The position numbers were made by a program, and so were the translations under genes. Source: Lingula anatina (taxonomy: Eukaryota; Animalia; Brachiopoda). From it: a stretch of DNA of 64,000 bases. Shown here piece after piece: positions 56,188-64,000 of the stretch; positions within the stretch are counted from its first letter, which is position 1, and each line of letters starts with the position of its first letter. The notes below the pieces were generated by a model that saw only the letters and a list, made by a program, of their open reading frames with translations, searched no databases and was not told the DNA's origin. The stretch lies in NCBI GenBank assembly GCA_051362555.1, contig CM120641.1, forward strand, positions 7,812,001 to 7,876,000, in the 5' to 3' direction.

Positions 56188-56619
56188 CTAGTATCCCTTT
56201 CGCTTGATCATGGCAAAATGTGTAAGCTGGAGCTTCCCTTTCCTCTTATTTCCCCGTTCCAACGTTCCTGTGAAGCTATACCCTTTTTGGAAGTCGGGAA
56301 ATGCCACATTCGTTGACAAACGAAGGACGAAATCTGGATTGGGCGAAGATTTGAATTTTCCTTTTAGTACCATATTTCCGTTGCCCTTGTCAAATAGCTT
56401 TGCCATCGTCGAGAACTTATGTGTGCCTGTGTATTCTACAATTTTACACCTCTTCCTGCACGGCCACCATGTTGTTCGGTTCAGCACCCAATGACTAAGA
56501 AGCGCAGCCTCTGCCCAACCTTCAAACGGGAACAGGAGCACGCGACAGGGAAATCCATCGTGCTTTAGAAGTTTCTTATAACACTTGCCGCGATTCTCGT
56601 AGTAGAATAACTGCACCAT
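56188..56619 (-). CDS. Uncharacterised basic 143-aa protein, single coding exon
   Basis: Intact ORF with higher GC than its flanks and a good start context (atcATGG). An in-frame upstream stop lies at 56668-70, a splice acceptor at 56700-01 and a downstream AATAAA at ~56083. No family recognised. Confidence 0.7.
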   Translation of the reverse strand: MVQLFYYENRGKCYKKLLKHDGFPCRVLLFPFEGWAEAALLSHWVLNRTTWWPCRKRCKIVEYTGTHKFSTMAKLFDKGNGNMVLKGKFKSSPNPDFVLRLSTNVAFPDFQKGYSFTGTLERGNKRKGKLQLTHFAMIKRKGY

Positions 56620-57471
56620 GATTCTTCTCAGGTTCTTTCTCCCTCTTGACTTAATCGATGGACAATGCTAGTAGGCGGTCTTGTTGTCAGTAATCATTTC
56701 TAAACAGGAAAGAAAAGAAATAATTATACATGATTAAACTAAAACTGGTGCAGCACAAGTACGAAATTTACTCAAAAGGGAAATACGTTTGTTACCGACA
56801 TAACTTCAAGAAAGCTAAGCTTGGTACATTTAAACAAGCCTAGGTTTTCCTAGCTTTGTAATAACCATATAAAATTTGGTCTTATGGTGACATGGCAAAT
56901 AGTCTAATGGCTGAATTCAACAATCGTTGCCACATGTAGGCTATACTTGAATACCATATTTATAATTTTACAAAGGATATTTAAAGATATGTACAATGAT
57001 ATATCTTAAAACTGAGCTAAAATTCAAATCAATTGGTTAAAGTGGAATTTTTTGGCCATAATTCTGTACTAAACTAGGGAATGCAAGGTTCTTAGAATCC
57101 AGTAAGCATATCAGGACAAACACTTGTTTGCATTGATCGCTATGACTATAATCAGCGCAATAATTATCGAGCAAGGACTATACTGCCACGACCCGCTCGA
57201 CTGCTTCTAACAGAATGAGAAGGATCACTTAATTGCGTGACGAGAAGTGCCGTATATAGTATATACCACAGAAGGGAAGAGGGCTTCAAATTATGAGAAA
57301 TGTTTATGGGAGCCAAATCAAGGGAGCATTTATGTTATGTTAATACACGGCATGACTTGATCCTTTAATGCTCATCAAGCTCGAATCGTTCAACACGCAA
57401 TCGGTAAATCTGTTTTTTTCTACACATACTACTGGTCTTTTAAGATATAAAAATATTGCATATTTTAAGAT

Positions 57472-57535
57472 ATTAAAGGGATAATGACTTTTTGTATGAA
57501 ATCCATATTTCACAATTAATACATTGTAAACAGCC

Positions 57536-57573
<38 letters not shown>

Positions 57574-57806
57574 TGATAAATTCCATTTTACCACTTAAAC
57601 GGCGGTGATCGCAATTATTCCGGAATCTGTGCTTGCCATCGGACCACATGACCCCCAAAAATGGCTACGCTCTGTTATAATCCCTTTCAAGATTATTTAA
57701 AAAAAAAAGAACTTTTTAGAAAAAAAACCCAGAGACTAACTTTGAATAGCATTTACCTCAGGAAAATCCATTTTTTGGTCAAAATAAACAGTTGTTATCC
57801 CTTTCA
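57472..57806. mobile_element. Kolobok-like MITE relic (ttaa|agggataa terminus)
   Basis: Begins ttaaagggataa and ends ttatccctttcaa. The left ~150 bp is homologous, in reverse orientation, to 61618-61750 and 63556-63764. Confidence 0.5.
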
Positions 57807-58326
57807 ACTATATAAAATGTTTCATGCCCTTTGCTCTTGGTCTTTGAAGAGAGAATTCAACTGATGATATTTTAACATATTTTTTTCTGAGAAATGGTCT
57901 TATCCTGATGAAGCAAAGCAGCCACCTTGTTTTTTCCGTCTTAACATGCATTATAAGCTTTGCAACAGACATGTCTTCAGATTTATTGCTCGTTAAACCT
58001 AAACAAATTTGATGGCCGAGTTACTATTCGTGCCTGAACCACCTAGGGCACAATGGACATACATTGCCTAACTATGTTAACAAAAACTGTTTCAATCTCG
58101 TTTGGAACTGTGTTCAAAGCAGTTGGTTTCTTGTAAGCATCATAAGATTTGCTGCTGTATTCTAAGTAATCACTGCTCGACACAGCCTGAAGAACATTGA
58201 TCTCTAAGGGACAAGTAAGGGCAAATCAATGAGATTTCAGTCGAATTAGTTTTATTCCTTTATGCCCAGTAAGTACTCGAGGGACAACACAGTTAGTCTG
58301 GAATATTCAGTGTCCAACTTTAACAG

Positions 58327-58777
58327 ATTTGACAGAGCGATGGAATTTACTATACATGTATATGTGTATGTGTATGTAACATGTGTGTGTGTGTGCGCGC
58401 GCGTTTGCGGTCAAATATTATGTACGCCTGTATATAATGTCTTTATTTTTACTTGTTATTCATTCCATCCAAATAACGTAAACTGAAAAATACAACATCG
58501 TTAGGATTTTGATGTCGACATTAAAATAAAAGCATTTGCCATATTTAGATGACGAGAGTGAAAAGACAGAGGGCTTTTATAATATACATGTATAATCAGA
58601 TGTTATCCAAACTGTTACCCACTAAAGGATACAAAGGCATGTTTTCTGCACAACAAAAAGTCCGACATGTCTCTTATGGTACTAATATTATATATGACAT
58701 GATATAAAACTACCCCTGCATTCAGTAGGCCTACTCCATGTATTTTTGAGTTATGCAAACGTAAAATATGCATGTCT

Positions 58778-58828
<51 letters not shown>

Positions 58829-59249
58829 TTACAGATTAACACATACATCACTAAATCTAATGTAATGAGGTCTAGAATTAACACACTTCATCCCACCAAT
58901 GTCGTTAAATTGCGATTTCGATTGATTTTACGACTTCTCCAAGGCTTCATATCTTAATTACTTTCTCATGATGAATTGCACATTGTTTGAGGAAGGGTCG
59001 TAATGCGTCATATTTTTAAACCACTACACAACTTTCCAAGCTATGCATTTTGACCATGATCCTACTTTTCTTTAAATTTCTAATGTTACTAGCATGATTA
59101 TTATTATTCAAGTAATTGTGAAGGATAAGTTTTCGTGACTTATTGAGTGATTTTTCAGGAAGAAGGAATTTTATGTGGTTATTCAAGAAAATGAATTGGA
59201 AATGGTTTTTGTGTGTCTGATTTGACAGAGCGATGGAATTTACTATACA

Positions 59250-59309
<60 letters not shown>

Positions 59310-59350
59310 CGTTTGCAGTCAAATATTATGTACGCCTGTATATAATGTCT
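58327..59350. repeat. Dispersed ~115-130 bp direct repeat with a variable (GT)n(GC)n core
   Basis: atttgacagagcgatggaatttactatacatg...tacgcctgtatataatgtct at ~58327-58442 and ~59220-59350. Confidence 0.85.
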
Positions 59351-60574
59351 GAACATGAAACATGATCCACGCATGAAAAGTTCTGAATATCAAGTGACCA
59401 AAATAGATAACAACTCGGATAGCTTTAACCAGGGAAGTCATGTACTTTCTTTTCCTTGTTTAGACAAAGTAACAACAATCATACTTAAAAAATCATACTA
59501 AAGCCTTTTTGCAGTCCAACTTCAAAATTTTAATCATTGATGGTGAAAGTTAGTATTCATAATTTTGGAAATCAACTGATGCATGTTCAGCGCGGAGAGA
59601 TGAATGCTTCAGTCATAATAAAAAAGATTATAATTGCTAGTGAAGCCGACTTATGGATGAGAAATCTTGGAAATTATACTCCATTATTTCGAAGTTATTC
59701 ATAGACATATCCAGAATAACGACACAGTTTGTCAGCCCATTTATTTCTAGATGTAAATTAACTCTCATAGGAATTGTTTCCAGCTGACAACCCTTTAGTA
59801 AAATGGAGCCATTTACTGTGACATCAGCACTCGGTAATGAACGGCTCTCGAGACATTTACAAAAACAGTTATATAAGAATAATCTAAGAGTAATCTTGAT
59901 TATTTTGTAGTTGTCAAAAGTAATCATAAAACACTGAGCAAGAATGCCACAAAATTGTTTTAAGTGTGTTTTTGTCTGTAACATCCGCATATTGATAACT
60001 GAAGTAATCAAATTTCTGTCACTCCCTTAGTAGTTTCGTATGATTCCAAAAACCCTGCAGGTTTTAAAGTACATCACAAGCTACCCAGCTTTACTTCACT
60101 TGCACTTCTCACGTCACATGAAATTATACAGTTATTTTGCCATATTGGTCATGAAACTGTTCGTTCTTTTTCCTTTTGTCCCTGCTGCATTTTATGAGGC
60201 AAAAAGACCTGTGGCAGCATTTCTATATTGACGTTCAGAAAATAAAAGATGGAAACAAAACTTGTTGAGCATTGTTGTTTATTGCTAACATCCCCAAAAG
60301 CCTTCAACCTATAAATATATTCATAGAGCCACTTTTCATATAAATTGGATACTTACTGTTACACGGACAAGGGAATTTGACAATAATTTTTGGGGAGATA
60401 CCCCATCTCATTGTTGATGAGTTTCTGTGAACTAGGAAGTAATAAACTGACTGAAAATATAAGAAAGTCGGCTACAGAAAGACCTGTCATTTAGTCTACT
60501 TTATTCTTTTAAAAGGGCGGGCTAAAACGCGCTATTGTGATGAGATGGAAACACTATGTGGTTTGTGTATGGTA

Positions 60575-60660
60575 GAGGACACAAGACTGGCTCAGGATAG
60601 GGATTGTTGGAGAAGTAGGTTGCGCAAGACCATTGCTGGTCGAGAATGGCCTATCCGTAA
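60575..60660 (+). mobile_element. 3' remnant of an RTE-like LINE
   Basis: Translates EDTRLAQDRDCWRSRL. AQDRxxWR is typical of RTE-clade ORF C-termini, and an A-rich stretch follows. Confidence 0.4.
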
Positions 60661-61617
60661 AACATTTAACAAATATAAAAAGAACAAACAGCCCAGAAGT
60701 TAAACCAAAAAAAATAATTTACATTATAATAGAAGGAAGCAAGTCATCCATTTCTCGATAAAAACTCAATAACTGTTTTAGCTATTCATGTATTCGTTTG
60801 ATGTTATTTCTTTTTTTAAAAGAGTAACTATTCCTGACTAGGATGCTCCATGAAATTTGATCTATCAAATCTACTCTGGCAACAAAAATCCTCTCCCCAC
60901 CACCACCACCACCACCACCACTACATTTTCATCTTCCACCCTCCCGTGATCTTTGCATTTCTTCATGTCCATCAGAAATAAAAAAGGAAAATAGCAATTA
61001 CTCCAATTATTAACTCTCCCTAACAGAATAAGCAAAATTATTTGCTGAAGGTAAAACTTTGAAATGGTCCAAGGCAAAACACATTATGTTATTAAACGAA
61101 GCGAATCCATGTGAGTTCATGCGTCAGTCTGAGTACAATTATTTGATAAATAAAATGAAATGTGAGTTGAAACGTGGGGTTTATTTAAGACGAAGATGTA
61201 CAGCAACACTTTGACGTCAATAATAAAATGAATTCAATCATGTCATTTTCCGTGGGAAACGGGTACATGCTTTTTTATGAGAACTGAACTGCTTAGCTTA
61301 TGCGAACAGATATGAGCCCACAGCAAAAAATATTAGTAACTTATACTGTTCAAATCAAATGTTACTTTTATCAGTTTACTTTTATTTTTCAAGAAGCAGG
61401 TTCTCCTTCACTATGATTCATGTGATAGAATACATGCAATTGTAAAATACGATGAAAACAGACAGAAGTTAAAGGTTAATTTTCCCATACTTTTCAATGG
61501 TTAATGAATCCGTTTCGATATTTTTTAAATATGTTCTTTGACATAAGCTCTTAAGAAATTATTACGGAGGGTAGCCACCTATGAAGGTTCACGTGGTTCG
61601 ATGGCAATCACAAAATT

Positions 61618-61842
61618 CAGAATAATTACAATAACCGCCGTTTTGCGGGTTTTGATGGTAAAATGGAATTAATTATATTTCTATTTGTTGTTTACAAAGT
61701 ACTTATTGTGGAATTCTGAGTCTCATATGAAGAGTGTTTATCCCTTTAATATTATGTGAAAATTTCAGTTTAAGGTGCTGTTACAATGTCATCGAGTGAA
61801 ATCGGGTGAAATATAAATCTCATAGAGTTGTTATCCCTTTAA
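61618..61842. mobile_element. Kolobok-like MITE end with a locally duplicated terminus
   Basis: Terminus tctcata...gagt..ttatccctttaa occurs twice (~61720-61749 and ~61817-61842). Homologous to 63556-63764. Confidence 0.5.
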
Positions 61843-63263
61843 ATAACATGTACCTGGCAACCACGATAACACTTAGTCATGTTTGACTTTCAGATTACTA
61901 AATAAAACAGTTCGTTTATTATAATCAAGCATCAGCGTGATACGACACTTGGTAACTTTGTTTCCATATGCTATATCAGTCTTTCTATATCAACGTGTGC
62001 CAATATTTCAAAATTACGCTACTTAGAATATCACCTTCGGAAAAAGGAAAAGGTAATTGTATGATTTGCATTCTGCTGATAGCTTTACAACCATCACTTA
62101 CAATGTGTTATGACGGAAATGTCTGCTCTCTATTTTCTCTTCATATTTTTATTTAAGTTGCTGGTGTTTCACAGGTAGTTCTTATTGGCACCATATCTAA
62201 GCATCAATTTCTGAAAAAGTTTTTGTTATATTATCCGAAACTAAAAGGAGATGCATAAAAAGCATTGGTGGATAGACATAGATTACCAAAAGGTTGACAT
62301 GGACTAGCCTAGAGTCTTGTATCGGAAAAAACAATCAAATCTTTAACTCAAACGAATTACAAATTAATATCAAAGCTCCTTGTGTATTGGCTCAAAAAGA
62401 TTCCCAGAAAATCCAATACTCCAATACAACGCTGATCTTACCTTTGCTCGTATCTGCTTCAAACGCTTTTCTGTTCTGTCAACCCAACGTGAATCTGCGC
62501 AGGTCTGCAGTCGAAATGAACAAATCGGAAAAATCTCATGCATACTTATTTGCGAAGCATGTCACATACTCAATACTGGGAATCCTTAAGCGAGACGGCA
62601 GAGGGTGTTTCAGATGATGTCACAAGCGCCAGATTGACAACTTATTCGATAGTTTTCACGTGGTCTGTAAAATAATTATGATAAAATCAGTGGCGCGTCA
62701 GTGAGTGGAACAGAGAGCATAAAAAGGTGAACAGAAGATGCATGTACATTACTTATATTATTCCTTGCCTCCTTCAATACATTCAGATTTACTTTATCCG
62801 ACCCATCCGAAAATTTGTTCGTCTGGCTGTCCATCTGTGCTTATCTGCCTTTATCAGTAATCTAGTGATGTACCACTCCTTTTTCATAAAGGAGACAGTT
62901 TCAAATCAAATTTCTGTGCGACCAGACACTTTCATTGCAATACCATTACCAGAATGTCTGAATGTCACTTTCAGTATTTTAGTAGGTTAGCGCTCGATTT
63001 CCTATAGGCTTCAGATATGAAGTAAAAGTTGACAATCGACGCTTTCCTATATCTTTCCGAAAAAAAAACACCACCTGGACGTGCTGCATGACGCTCAAGC
63101 TCAAAATAATTTTAAACGACAGAACCATTAAACAGATTGATTCATTTGGCACATTGCACTTTAACTCTAAATACAGAATCCAAAAAGAACTGAATATAAA
63201 ATGTCGTGCTTCACAGCGTGAGTAAATAATAGACCAACTCGTCAAAAATGCTACTTTAATATT

Positions 63264-63307
<44 letters not shown>

Positions 63308-63555
63308 TTGCTTCATTTTAATATTCCGTATGTTAAAGTGATAATAACTCTTCGTTTCGGCCAAAAAATGAATTTTCCTGGAGTAAACAACAATTTTCTC
63401 ATACTTACCAATGGTAAATGAATCTATTTTTACATTCAAAGTTAGTCCCTGGTTTTTTTCTAAAAAGTTTGGTTTTTTGTTAAAATCTCTTAAGAGATTT
63501 TAACAGAGTATATCCATCAATGGAGGTCACATGGTCTAAAGACAAGCTCAGATAT

Positions 63556-63764
63556 CAGAATAATAGCTATAACTGCCGTTTTTGTGGTAAAATGGAATAT
63601 ATTATATTTCTATGAGTTATTCACAATGTTTTTATTGTGAAATATATATCTCATATATATATATATATATGAGATATATATTTCACAATAAAAACATTGT
63701 GAATAACTCATAATGTTTTTATTGTGAAATATATATCTCATATGAAGAGTTATTATCCCTTTAA
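63556..63764. mobile_element. Kolobok-like MITE end containing a perfect 102-bp palindrome
   Basis: Homologous to 61618-61750 and ends ttatccctttaa. The palindrome spans 63611-63712. Confidence 0.55.
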
Positions 63765-64000
63765 GAACGACATGCAATCAATACAAATTAAAGAAAAAAT
63801 GCAAGTAAATGAAAAATCGAATTTTCCTAAAAGGTCTATCTAAACTGAGAAATAATCAGCGTTTGACGTGTATCTGGGGAATTGAGGATATGAAGTTTCT
63901 TCCTAGAGAGCAGACATGTTAAGGATGCAGTCATTAATACGCTCCAGCGCGTGGGTCGCACAAAGCAAACCAGGACAAGAACTCCTTTGGCATTAGGGGG

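Noticed and set aside
59637-60011. 124-aa minus-strand ORF (likewise 50968-51351 and 62294-62617)
   Set aside because: AT-rich composition with no motifs or supporting splice structure, so probably chance ORFs.

Overview
AT-rich eukaryotic genomic DNA with many introns, most consistent with a lophotrochozoan invertebrate (mollusc/annelid-like; inferred from the Nereis-type SCPs, not proven). I rebuilt nine protein-coding genes by hand from splice sites and reading-frame continuity. They are a PLP-dependent Ser/Thr dehydratase-like gene (+), a 9-exon uncharacterised gene (-) head-to-head with NPLOC4 (+, 15 exons, one GC-AG intron), WIPI2/Atg18 (-), a TMEM163-like Zn transporter (+), two tandem sarcoplasmic Ca-binding protein paralogues (+), a Gal-3-O-sulfotransferase (-) and a 143-aa basic, beta-rich orphan (-). 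The ~11 kb between the SCP paralogues is a nest of DNA transposons: foldback repeats, a decayed Sola2-like element, a Ginger1-like MITE (CCGG TSD) inserted in a TA-flanked element, and a Tc1 relic. No novel multi-gene system can be proven from sequence alone. The best leads are the two orphan proteins, the diverged EF-hands of the SCP pair, the altered Zn site of TMEM163, and several micro-rearrangements.
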